Origin: an uncultured Alphaproteobacteria bacterium
GTDB lineage: Bacteria; Pseudomonadota; Alphaproteobacteria; Rhizobiales; Xanthobacteraceae
DNA: 64,000 nucleotides
Reading direction: 5' to 3'
Assembly: GCA_963825225.1 (NCBI GenBank)
Contig: CAWGSN010000038.1
Span: 313,384 to 377,383, forward strand
Shown here: piece after piece, positions 28,694 to 37,753 of the stretch
Numbering within the stretch: position 1 is the first letter of the stretch
Layout of the letters: every line of letters begins with the position of its first letter
Notes under the pieces: generated by a model
Databases searched by the model: none
The model's input: the letters and a program-made list of their open reading frames with translations, nothing else
What the model was told of the DNA's origin: nothing
Translations under genes and position numbers: made by a program

Positions 28694-29350
28694 TCACGCC
28701 ATGAACATGCGCGCGGCGGAGGCCATCGTCAGCAAGGCGCCGAAGGCGATGAAGATCTTGCCGATCAGCGAGGTCTGGTCCCAGGTCGAGGACTCGTTAC
28801 CTGATGCCAGCACCGGTGCAGCCGAGGCGGGCTTGGCCGAGGCCATCGCGACGGTCTGTGAGGGGGTCTGTTGCAGGGCCCGATCGACGTCGTTGAGCTG
28901 ATCGGAAGAAACCACGGCCGCATCGGTTGCGCCTTGCGTATCGGCCGCCCCCGGCTTGTCCGCGGCTGCGAGCAGCATCGTGTTGGCCTTTGCCGTCATG
29001 GCGCTGGCGCTATCGGCAGATGTGTCGGCGGATGTTAGCTGCGCATTGGCGTTGGCGACCGACGCGGGAATTCCGGGCGCGCTGTTACCTGAGGCGTCGG
29101 CGACGTCCTTTTCGGCGGCTTTCCTGGTCTCGGTGGATTTGGACGCGACCTTGGCGGATTTGCGATGTGCGTAGCGTTTATAGTAACGCGCGCTTTGTCT
29201 GGCCGACTTGCCTGAAGTCGCGCTGTCGGATTTCGACGTGGCGGCCGCGCTATCGCCGCTGGCTGCCGTGGCCGGCATTGGCCCCGCGAAACATACGAAA
29301 AGCCCTGTTGCTAGTATCAATGCCGAGCGCCCGCTGGCTTTGGCCATCAT
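28694..29350 (-). CDS. Hypothetical exported protein with a C-terminal membrane anchor
   Basis: Signal peptide, Ala/Ser-rich body, C-terminal WDQTSLIGKIFIAFGALLTMASAARMFMA. Confidence 0.7.
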   Translation of the reverse strand: MMAKASGRSALILATGLFVCFAGPMPATAASGDSAAATSKSDSATSGKSARQSARYYKRYAHRKSAKVASKSTETRKAAEKDVADASGNSAPGIPASVANANAQLTSADTSADSASAMTAKANTMLLAAADKPGAADTQGATDAAVVSSDQLNDVDRALQQTPSQTVAMASAKPASAAPVLASGNESSTWDQTSLIGKIFIAFGALLTMASAARMFMA

Positions 29351-29664
29351 GTGGCAATCTCCCCATTTGCCCGCCCACAAAAGCGAAATGAGACCCCGCC
29401 GCGTGTCCACAGCGGGGCAGAAAAAGGGAATCTTCGGGCAAGACCGGGCAAAAGCAGGGCAGCACTGTTGCACCAAGTGAAGCGACGGCGCCGTATTCTC
29501 CGAGGCTGGATTTCTTGTGGCGGATGCTCACGGGTGCGAGCCGGAGCGATCGATGGTATGAGCCTGCCGGCGAGGAGACCGGCTGTACCGATTCCCGGAT
29601 CAAGCTGCTCGAACGGGCTACGCCGGGATATTTGATCACGACTTCGTGATCACAGCACCCTGAC

Positions 29665-29689
29665 GTAACAAATTGAAAGATCGACCGAA
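29665..29689 (+). promoter_or_regulatory. EcfF/SigF-type (ECF16) autoregulatory promoter
   Basis: GTAAC-N16-CGAA immediately upstream of the ECF gene. Confidence 0.75.
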
Positions 29690-29708
29690 TTGCAATGTGG
29701 GAGCGCGC

Positions 29709-30254
29709 GTGCGCGAACGTGAGGACGAATGGACCGGCCTGATGCGGTCGGCCATTTCAGGCGACAGTGCGGCGTATCATCGCCTGCTCAAGGCCGTCAC
29801 GCCGGTGCTCCGGGCCGCGGCGCGCCGTGGGCTCGCACGTGCCGGGCAACCGGTCGATCAATCCGAGGACATCGTGCAGGACATCTTGCTGGCAGTCCAT
29901 TTGAAGCGGCACACTTGGGACATCAGCGCCCCGTTTGCCCCATGGCTGTTTGCGATCGCCCGCAACAAGCTGATCGATGCGCTGCGCCGCCGTGGCAGGC
30001 GGATTTTCGTCAATATCGACGATTTTGCCGAGGTGCTGCCGGGAGAAGCCACGGCCGAGACGGCGTCGGCCGGTGAAGTCTCCGCCCAGTTGCAGTCGCT
30101 GCCGGCGCGCCAGCGCGACGTGCTGCAATCGATCGCCGTCGACAGCGCCTCGATCAAGGATACCGCGGCGAAACTTTCCATGAGCGAGGGCGCGGTGCGG
30201 GTGGCGCTGCACCGGGGGCTTGCCAGTCTGACGGCGAAGTTACGGGAACAGTGA
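29709..30254 (+). CDS. ecfF: ECF sigma factor EcfF (SigF-like)
   Basis: EDIVQDILL, PWLFAIARNKLIDALRR, EGAVRVALHRGL; paired with an NrsF-type anti-sigma; GTG start after GGAG and downstream of the cognate promoter. Confidence 0.85.
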   Translation: MREREDEWTGLMRSAISGDSAAYHRLLKAVTPVLRAAARRGLARAGQPVDQSEDIVQDILLAVHLKRHTWDISAPFAPWLFAIARNKLIDALRRRGRRIFVNIDDFAEVLPGEATAETASAGEVSAQLQSLPARQRDVLQSIAVDSASIKDTAAKLSMSEGAVRVALHRGLASLTAKLREQ

Positions 30255-30256
30255 GA

Positions 30257-30895
30257 ATGGATACCGATCAGCTCATTCGAACCCTTGCCGAGGACAACGC
30301 GCACCGCACGCGGCCGGTCGGCTTTGCGTTGATGCTGGCGCTGATGGCCGCCGCTCCCGTTTCGCTCCTGATGTTCTTCACCGAACTCGGCGTCCGGCCC
30401 GACGTGATGACCGCGATGCGCAACCCGTTCTTCGACCTGAAATTCGCGGTGACGCTGGCGCTGGCGATCGCGGCGATTGCCGTCAGCCTGCATCTGTCGC
30501 GCCCCGAGGCCTCGCTGCGCGGCTTTGGCTGGCTGCTGTTGATCCCGGCCGGGCTTCTGACCGCAGGAATCGGCGGCGAGATGATGATGCCGCAGCGGCT
30601 GCCGATGATGACGCGGCTGGTCGGCAGCAATTCCAGGGTCTGCATGACGGCGATACCGCTGCTGTCATTGCCGATCCTGGCCGGCGCGCTGATCGGTCTG
30701 CGTCATGGAGCGCCGGCGCGGCCGGCCGTAGCCGGGGCCATCGCCGGCATGTTGTCGGCGGGACTGGCGGCGACGCTGTACGCGTCGCATTGCACGGATG
30801 ATTCACCGCTGTTTGTGGCGACCTGGTACACGATCTCGACGGCGCTGGTCACGGCGATCGGCGCGCTGGCGGGATCGAAGCTGCTGAGGTTCTAG
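30257..30895 (+). CDS. osrA: Anti-sigma factor OsrA/NrsF (DUF1109)
   Basis: MDTDQLIRTL, 6 TM, LRHGAP, HCTDDSPLFVATWY; Cys at residues 129 and 179 counted from ATG 30257. Confidence 0.85.
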   Translation: MDTDQLIRTLAEDNAHRTRPVGFALMLALMAAAPVSLLMFFTELGVRPDVMTAMRNPFFDLKFAVTLALAIAAIAVSLHLSRPEASLRGFGWLLLIPAGLLTAGIGGEMMMPQRLPMMTRLVGSNSRVCMTAIPLLSLPILAGALIGLRHGAPARPAVAGAIAGMLSAGLAATLYASHCTDDSPLFVATWYTISTALVTAIGALAGSKLLRF

Positions 30896-30900
30896 CGGCT

Positions 30901-32007
30901 CTACGCCGCCGGCTGGTTCTGCTGCATGCGATGGAAGCGCAGCACCTGCTGGGCGGTCGACGGCCGCAGCCGTTCATAGGTTTCCTTGCAGGTTGCGGTA
31001 TCGGTCGGCTCGCCGCCCGACAGCTCGTCACGCATGTGGATGATCGCACGCACGGTCGACCATGATAGGCCCGCCACCTTGGCCAGGATCATCACGCCCT
31101 CGGCCCGGGTTTCGATCATCATGTTCTCGGCGATAGCCACCGGCACGCTGGCGAGCGCTGCGATCGAGGCGTTAGCTTCGTCGAACTTACCGGCCCTGGC
31201 AAATGACGCCACCTGGAATTCATCGAGCCGACCATCCTCGTACAGGGACTTGACGAGTGCGTGCGCAATCGCGGTGTTCTGGGTGAGCGCCGTGGACGCC
31301 GAGCGCGCGCGCCGCGTCGCTTCCTTGACCGCTGTCGGGACCTGGGCGGCTTGCTCCGGGTTGGCGGCTTCCAATCGCTGCCGCACCGTGTCGGAGGCCT
31401 TGGCCAGCAGCTTCAGATAGAGATGCCGCGGAATGTTCGGACGCAGGCCGACGCAGGTCGCAAGGTTGTCGTCGCCCTCGGCGCGGTTGACCAGCCGCGT
31501 AAAGCCGCGCTCGGTGAATTCGGCGCCCGGGTTGTTGACGGTGCTCTGGATCACCTCGTCATTGCCGCGCTGGACCAGCACGTCGGTGACCGCGCCGCTC
31601 AATACCTTGCGGGTGGAGATCGCCATCAGATGCGCCTGGCTCTTGCTGCGCGCATTCTCGATCAGGGTCTTGTCGTCGAGCCGTGCCGATTGCGACAGCA
31701 CGGGTCCTGCGACCTCGATCACGTCGTCGAACGCGAGCGCCCGGATCGTCAGGGGCGGCGCGGTGTCGATCGGGGCGAGCCGGTTGGCAAGCAGCGTCTT
31801 GGCGGAAGTCTCAATGTGATCGATCAGGCACTGGAAGACGTCGTCGAACAGGCCGACCTGTTCGTCCGAGTAGTCCACGGCGCCGTTGATGAAGAGATCG
31901 GTGACCCGGCGCAGGGTCTCGACCCGGCGTGCGACGGTTCCGTGCACGAGCGTGGATTGCAGTTCATCGAGCAGACTCGCGGGGGCGATAGCAGACTTCG
32001 AAACCAT
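30901..32007 (-). CDS. DUF2336 domain protein
   Basis: TLRRVTDLF, LAFDDVIEVAGPVLSQS, HLMAISTR, VTDVLVQRG, NPGAEF. Confidence 0.85.
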   Translation of the reverse strand: MVSKSAIAPASLLDELQSTLVHGTVARRVETLRRVTDLFINGAVDYSDEQVGLFDDVFQCLIDHIETSAKTLLANRLAPIDTAPPLTIRALAFDDVIEVAGPVLSQSARLDDKTLIENARSKSQAHLMAISTRKVLSGAVTDVLVQRGNDEVIQSTVNNPGAEFTERGFTRLVNRAEGDDNLATCVGLRPNIPRHLYLKLLAKASDTVRQRLEAANPEQAAQVPTAVKEATRRARSASTALTQNTAIAHALVKSLYEDGRLDEFQVASFARAGKFDEANASIAALASVPVAIAENMMIETRAEGVMILAKVAGLSWSTVRAIIHMRDELSGGEPTDTATCKETYERLRPSTAQQVLRFHRMQQNQPAA

Positions 32008-32072
32008 TTGACTCTGTCCTGGAGCAAAAGCCGGCGACGGATTCTCCGCCACCGGAACTGAAATGGGCTGGA

Positions 32073-33215
32073 TCAGGCGCTGGCGATGCGATTGCGTCCC
32101 CGTGCCTTGGCTGCATAAAGCGCGCTGTCGGCGCGCGCGAGGAATGTGTCCGCGGTCTCCTCGGGCTTCAGCGTCGTGACGCCGGCGGAAATCGTTACCT
32201 TCATGTCGGGCGAGAATGCGCTCCAGTCGAGTTCGGCAATAATCGCGCGCAGCCGGTCGAGCGCGCGCACGGCGTTGTCGGTGCTCATGTCGGGCAGCAC
32301 CAGCAGGAATTCCTCGCCGCCATATCGGCCGAAATGGTCGACGCTGCGGATGTTGGCGAACATGGTGATGGAGAACGTTCGCAGCACCTCGTCGCCGGTC
32401 GGGTGGCCAAAGCCGTCGTTGATGCGCTTGAACCAGTCGAGGTCGATCAGTGCGATCGAGCAGGGCGATCCGCTGCGGCCCGTGCGGGCGATCTCCTCGT
32501 CCAGCATCCGCATGATGCAGCGGCGGTTATACGAGCCGGTCAGCTCGTCGAGTTCGGCGAGCTCCTCGATCCGCTTGTAGGCTTCCTTGAGTTTCAGCCC
32601 GCTCTGATAGAGCGATTGCTTCAAGGAGCTGGAGAATATCCCCAGGAACATGCAGCGCCCGATGGTCAGGATGAAAGTCAAAAGGGTGGCAAGGCGCTCG
32701 AGGTAGCTGCCATGCGGAATCGAGACCGGTTTGTCGGTCAGAAGGAACAGCCCGGTCAGGCCGATTGTCATCGCCGTCCAGATCACCATCGTCTGCCCGG
32801 GCGTCGAACGCAGCGAACTGAAACTGAACACGATGAACAGGGTGCACAGGAACAACCCCCCGGCTTCAGGCGCGATGTAGGTGAACGCCACCGCGATCAG
32901 CATGGAGACGGTCGACTGCGGCGCGACCATGTAATGGTCCTTGAAGCGGTCGTTGAAGCCGAGCTCCGAAAGCACGATGGCGAAAGCGATCACGGTCAGG
33001 CCGGTGGCGGCATAGGCCGGGCCGATCGTGAAAGGTATCGTGCCGGCCTGCGCATAAAGCAGCAGGATCCCGGCATCGATGACGTAACTGCTGCCGATCA
33101 TGACCAGGATCTGGCGGCGCTGCTTGGCGCGGCGCGCCAGTGCCTTCGCCGTCGGTTGCGCACCGACGCCCTCCAGTTCGGCCGGATTCACGAATGACGA
33201 CGCAGCGGTGCCCAT
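32073..33215 (-). CDS. Membrane-bound diguanylate cyclase (GGDEF)
   Basis: About 6 TM; DELTG, DLDWFKRIND.FGH..GD, RSVD I-site, RYGGEEF. Confidence 0.92.
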   Translation of the reverse strand: MGTAASSFVNPAELEGVGAQPTAKALARRAKQRRQILVMIGSSYVIDAGILLLYAQAGTIPFTIGPAYAATGLTVIAFAIVLSELGFNDRFKDHYMVAPQSTVSMLIAVAFTYIAPEAGGLFLCTLFIVFSFSSLRSTPGQTMVIWTAMTIGLTGLFLLTDKPVSIPHGSYLERLATLLTFILTIGRCMFLGIFSSSLKQSLYQSGLKLKEAYKRIEELAELDELTGSYNRRCIMRMLDEEIARTGRSGSPCSIALIDLDWFKRINDGFGHPTGDEVLRTFSITMFANIRSVDHFGRYGGEEFLLVLPDMSTDNAVRALDRLRAIIAELDWSAFSPDMKVTISAGVTTLKPEETADTFLARADSALYAAKARGRNRIASA

Positions 33216-33526
33216 GGTCTCGCCGTTGGTGGAACTCGTCAAAAAATCTACGTGGGAAAGCCTTTAGGTTTGGTATCTTTGGAGCCGAATCTAGTCCGTT
33301 AGAACCCTGCCATTGCCCTGTTTCGCAACGGAAATCTGGCGGATCGGACCAAAGGGGACGGTTGCGTGGCAGCTCAGGCTCTAAGCAGATGCTGCCTTGC
33401 GGACCAAGCCTTGGTAAGGTCGCTGCGGGGCGGCGCGCTATTTAGGAAAGTATTTCCGTATTATGGTACCGATTTCGGGGCATCGCTCGTTCTCGCCGGC
33501 GCTAATGTTGCCCGGCGATCGCCTTC

Positions 33527-33569
33527 TGTGGGGTAGATCACACATGCAATTCGGACATTGCCGTAATGT
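33527..33569 (+). promoter_or_regulatory. CRP/Clr-like class II promoter of the ECF-anti-sigma-subtilase operon
   Basis: TGTGGGGTAGATCACA (33527-33542) + N19 + CG-TAATGT; same geometry as the three peptide promoters. Confidence 0.65.
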
Positions 33570-33635
33570 GAAGAATCTTGCCTGCGGCGTCGAACCCTCC
33601 GCCACCCCCATCCGACCAATCTTGCGAGACGGCCA

Positions 33636-34205
33636 TTGAGCGCGGCACAGGCGGCTTCAGACGAGGTTCTGATCGCTCGGATCGCCCAAGGCGACCGGCT
33701 CGCCATGCAGGTGCTGTACGGAAGGCACCATGTCAGGGTGTTCCGTTTCGGGCTTCGGCTCGTACGGGACGAACAAGTCGCGGAAGACCTCATCAGCGAG
33801 GTTTTTCTCGATGTGTGGCGTCAGGCTGGCAAATTCGAAGGCCGATCCGCCGTTACCACCTGGCTGCTGGCGATTACCCGGTTCAAGGCCCTGTCGGCAC
33901 TAAGGCGCCGGAAGGATGTTGGACTGGACGACGAGACCGCGAATGCGATCGAGGATACGTCCGACGATCCCGAAGTGGTGGTGCAGAAGAAGGATACCAG
34001 TGACGCGTTGCGCAAGTGCCTGACATCACTTTCGCCTGAGCATCGGGAGATCGTCGATCTCGTCTACTACCACGAGAAGTCCGTGGAAGAGGTGGCCGAA
34101 ATCGTCGGAATTCCGGAGAACACCGTCAAGACGCGCTTGTTTTATGCGCGCAAGAAATTGGCCGAACTGCTGAAGGCAGCCGGCATTGAGCGAGGTTGGC
34201 CATGA
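33636..34205 (+). CDS. ECF sigma-70 factor
   Basis: AEDLISEVFLDVWRQA, TWLLAITRFK, IPENTVKTRLFYARKKL; TTG start. Confidence 0.92.
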   Translation: MSAAQAASDEVLIARIAQGDRLAMQVLYGRHHVRVFRFGLRLVRDEQVAEDLISEVFLDVWRQAGKFEGRSAVTTWLLAITRFKALSALRRRKDVGLDDETANAIEDTSDDPEVVVQKKDTSDALRKCLTSLSPEHREIVDLVYYHEKSVEEVAEIVGIPENTVKTRLFYARKKLAELLKAAGIERGWP

Positions 34206-34909
34206 TGGCAGTGAGCAAAAAAATGCTGGATCAAGAACCCAGCGAAATCGAAATGCTGTTGCCATTCCATGCGGCCGGCACGCTGAACGCGCGCGATGCG
34301 CGCCGCGTCGATGAAGCGCTTGCCAGCGACCCCGAACTGGCCCGGCAATATGCCGTCATCCGCGAAGAATATGCCGAGACCATTCATCTCAACGAGAGCC
34401 TGGGAGCGCCGTCCGGGCGCGCCATGCAGAAGCTGTTTGCCGCGATCGACGGAGAGCCCGTGCGCAAGCCATCGCTGTCGACCAACCTTTCGGCGCGGAT
34501 CTCGGAATTCTTCACCAGGCTTTCACCGCGGACGCTGGCCTGGTCGGCGAGCCTCGGCGCCGTGCTGCTGCTGTTGCAGGCCGGCGTGATCGGTGCGGTG
34601 CTGATGAAGAACCAGACCGCTTCGTTCCAAACCGCCTCGCTGAGCCTGAACGAGCCGTCCGGGCCCGTCACCCGCGATCTCGGTGGCGCAGCGCCGCCGC
34701 GCGCGTTGGTGCGGTTTGCGCCGGAAGCGCGCATCGCCGACATCACCGCGCTGTTGGACAATTACCAGGCCTCGATCGTCGACGGCGCCAAGGACGGCAT
34801 GTTCCGGCTGCAGTTCGGCAACCGAGCGATGGGCAAGGACGAAGTCGCAAGCCTGATGAGCAGGCTGCAGAGTGAGAAGATCGTCAGTCTTGCGGTGGCG
34901 ACACCGTAA
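34202..34909 (+). CDS. Putative membrane anti-sigma factor
   Basis: ATGA-coupled to the sigma gene; EMLLPFHAAGTL (degenerate ZAS-like domain), one TM, periplasmic domain. Confidence 0.75.
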   Translation: MMAVSKKMLDQEPSEIEMLLPFHAAGTLNARDARRVDEALASDPELARQYAVIREEYAETIHLNESLGAPSGRAMQKLFAAIDGEPVRKPSLSTNLSARISEFFTRLSPRTLAWSASLGAVLLLLQAGVIGAVLMKNQTASFQTASLSLNEPSGPVTRDLGGAAPPRALVRFAPEARIADITALLDNYQASIVDGAKDGMFRLQFGNRAMGKDEVASLMSRLQSEKIVSLAVATP

Positions 34910-34944
34910 GGCGTCTGGCGCGTGCCCGACCAAGCCGAGGTTCC

Positions 34945-36726
34945 ATGGTCCAATTTAGCGTGAATTGGCGGATGAAGACGCAACGCGCGGCTCGGGCATT
35001 GTCGGCTATGGCTCTGCCGCTGGCCATTCTCGGCGGCTCAGTGGGTCATGCGCAGAGCATCATGCGCACGCCCAGCCTGCACATCGATTCCCGGGTAACG
35101 ACCATCAATCCGACAGTAGCACCACGGGTCAATCCCGTGGTCGGAACCCGGGTCAATCCGACCATCACGAACCGGACCAGCGTCGGCGTCACCGCCATCG
35201 CGCGAACGCCGGGACTACGCATGGGCGACACGACGTCGGTCATGCGAACGCCGGACGCACACATCGGGATCATGCATATCGGCGTGGAGAAGCTTCCCTA
35301 CGCGCGCTATTCGCACAACCTTTATCCGGTTTGCGAATACGCCAATCGCGGTCCTAACGGCGAATGCTTCGATCGTCCGGTTACCTCGACCGGCGGTGGC
35401 GGCAGCAACGCGTCGGCCAAAAAGAACAGCAGCGGCGCGGGCAGCAACGCTATCCCGCAGGCTGCGATCAATCTGCTCACGGTCCGCAACGAATTTGTGG
35501 CGGAGATCGACAGCGCGCTGTCGGTCGCGCAGGCCGACGAGCTGGCGCGGCGTCACGGCCTGGAGCGGATCGCATCGCAGGCGTTTCCGCTGCTCGGCGG
35601 CACGATCGGCCTGTTCCGCATCATCGACCAGCGTCGGGCAGACAGGGTGCGCCGCGAATTTGCCGCCGACGGCAACGTGAAGTCGGTGCAGTTCAATCTC
35701 CGCCATGTGCTGCAGGATCAGAAGAAGACGCCGACCGAAGGCGATGTCGCGCAATATGCGGTCGCCCAGCTACGACTGCCGCAGGCGCATACGCTCGCCC
35801 GCGGCATGAACATCACTATCGCAGTGATCAACTCCGGCATTGACGTCAAACATCCGGAGCTTGCCAATTCGGTCGCCGATACGTTCGATGCGCTCGGGAG
35901 CAAGGAAGGCCCGCATGTCCACGGCACCGGCATCGCCGGCGCGATCGTGGCGCACGCCAGGCTGATGGGAAGCGCCCCGGAGGCGCGGCTGCTGGCGATC
36001 CGCGCGTTCGGCGCCGGGACGAGCGGTGCCGAAAGCACCACCTATGTGATTCTGAAGAGCCTGAATTATGCGGCCGAGCACGGCGCGCAGATCATCAATA
36101 TGAGTTTCGCCGGTCCGAAGGATCCCTTGGTCGAGCGCGGCGTCGCCGCGACCGCCGCGAGGGGCATCCTGATGGTGGCTGCCGCCGGCAACGCCGGGGC
36201 GAAATCGCCGCCGCTCTATCCCGCCGCCAATCCGAACGTGATTGCAGTGAGCGGTACCGACGCGAAGGAAAAGCTGTTCGCGGCGTCGAACCGGGGTAAC
36301 TACATCTCCATCGCCGCGCCCGGCGCCGATATCTTCCTGCCGGCGCCGGACGACAAGTACCAGATCACGTCGGGCACCTCGTTTTCCGCTGCCTATGTCA
36401 GCGGTGTTGCGGCGCTGATACTGGAACGCAATCCTGCGTTGAAGCCGAACGATGTACGCGCGATTTTGGAGAAGACTGCGCGCGATCTCGGCGTCCCCGG
36501 CCGCGACGATCTGTTCGGGGCAGGCGAGGTGGATGCTTTTGCCGCGGTTGCGGCAAGCGTTGCCGCGCCAGAGGTACCGGTCGCCGCGGTTTCGGGCGAG
36601 CCGACTACCGAAAAAGCGCCGGCTCCCGATAACGCTTCCGTGAGCAGGGCGCTGAATGAACCCACGCCCTCGATGGCATCCGATAAATCGGCCGCAAATA
36701 GCGTCAATCGCCCGCCGGCGCAGTGA
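34945..36726 (+). CDS. Secreted S8 (subtilisin-like) serine peptidase; catalytic Asp reads as Asn
   Basis: Signal peptide (alternative start 34972); IAVINSGID, HGTGIAG, INMSF, AAAGN, SGTSFSA. Confidence 0.88.
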   Translation: MVQFSVNWRMKTQRAARALSAMALPLAILGGSVGHAQSIMRTPSLHIDSRVTTINPTVAPRVNPVVGTRVNPTITNRTSVGVTAIARTPGLRMGDTTSVMRTPDAHIGIMHIGVEKLPYARYSHNLYPVCEYANRGPNGECFDRPVTSTGGGGSNASAKKNSSGAGSNAIPQAAINLLTVRNEFVAEIDSALSVAQADELARRHGLERIASQAFPLLGGTIGLFRIIDQRRADRVRREFAADGNVKSVQFNLRHVLQDQKKTPTEGDVAQYAVAQLRLPQAHTLARGMNITIAVINSGIDVKHPELANSVADTFDALGSKEGPHVHGTGIAGAIVAHARLMGSAPEARLLAIRAFGAGTSGAESTTYVILKSLNYAAEHGAQIINMSFAGPKDPLVERGVAATAARGILMVAAAGNAGAKSPPLYPAANPNVIAVSGTDAKEKLFAASNRGNYISIAAPGADIFLPAPDDKYQITSGTSFSAAYVSGVAALILERNPALKPNDVRAILEKTARDLGVPGRDDLFGAGEVDAFAAVAASVAAPEVPVAAVSGEPTTEKAPAPDNASVSRALNEPTPSMASDKSAANSVNRPPAQ

Positions 36727-36811
36727 TTTCCAGCCGCCGAGCCCCTGAATAAAGCGTTAAAAAAATCGTCCGATGTTTTGAACGTCCGGCGAGCCTGCTG
36801 CGACTAATAAA

Positions 36812-36925
36812 TGTGGGAGCGGTTATCCCTCCCCATCGGCTGTATTCGGCGCGAGCGCCCATCCACCCCAAGCGCCCATATGGCTTGACCCGTCCGGTTG
36901 TCCCCCCGGACGGGTCTTTTCTTTT
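36812..36925 (+). ncRNA. Candidate sRNA with C-rich loops and an intrinsic terminator
   Basis: TTGAAC at 36778 upstream; GGGAG/CTCCC hairpin; CCATCCACCCC; GACCCGTCCGG-TTGTCCCC-CCGGACGGGTC-TTTTCTTTT. Confidence 0.55.
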
Positions 36926-37246
36926 CAGCGCCGTTTTCGAGCGAAGACCTGACCCCGCGCCAATTGCGTATGGTCGTGCGATCAAGAGCGGCGAGCGCGC
37001 GCGAATCTAGCTGAACTGCCGCCGGAGAAATCACTGCATAGCCCACGCAACGCGGCGATGCCGCTGCGCGGCTTGACTGTGGCTAGGGCGAATAACCCCA
37101 TATTGAAGCGGGTTTCTCTTGTCGGGATGTGTTCAGTAGTGTCACCGACTGGACAAGCAAGAAGTTTTCCACAGAATATCCCTGTCACATCCAATTGATT
37201 CGTCGCGGTTGCGTCTGCGTCCGTTCATCTCCCTACGGGCTGGTTC

Positions 37247-37744
37247 ATGACACATCATGCAGACGGGGCACGTGGCCGCGACATCGTTGCGCGCTGGTGC
37301 AATCTTGCCGAGCAGCGGCTGGAATATCTCACCGAACTGTTCGAGACCGGGCGCTGGCGGCGCTATCACAGCGAACGGGCATTTCTCGAGAATATCCAGG
37401 AAGCCAAGGCCGCGGTAGAAATCTGGCGCAATCTGTTGACGCGCGAGGCCTCGCTCGACAACACCGCCCTCGATCTCTCCTGGCTTGGACGTGCGCAACC
37501 GGCACTGCCGCGCGGCGACAGGTTGCGCGAACGGGTTCAACCGCAGCGGCCGCTGCCCGCGCCTGTCATGGCCGAGCCGCCGTCGCGTGAAATTCCTGGC
37601 GATGTCCTCGCCGCGATGGAAAGCGTGCTGGTCCATTCAGCTGAGGCTTCCTCGGTGCCTGATGTGCCCAGGCTCGACGATCCCCCGCCACCCTCGCTCG
37701 ACCTGATGCAGCAACGCTACCCGCTGCTGAGGAACGCGTTATAG
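37247..37744 (+). CDS. TIGR03809 family protein
   Basis: RWCNLAEQRLEYLTELFETGRWRRYHSE; adjacent to the TIGR03808 gene. Confidence 0.8.
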   Translation: MTHHADGARGRDIVARWCNLAEQRLEYLTELFETGRWRRYHSERAFLENIQEAKAAVEIWRNLLTREASLDNTALDLSWLGRAQPALPRGDRLRERVQPQRPLPAPVMAEPPSREIPGDVLAAMESVLVHSAEASSVPDVPRLDDPPPPSLDLMQQRYPLLRNAL

Positions 37745-37753
37745 GGCGGCGCG

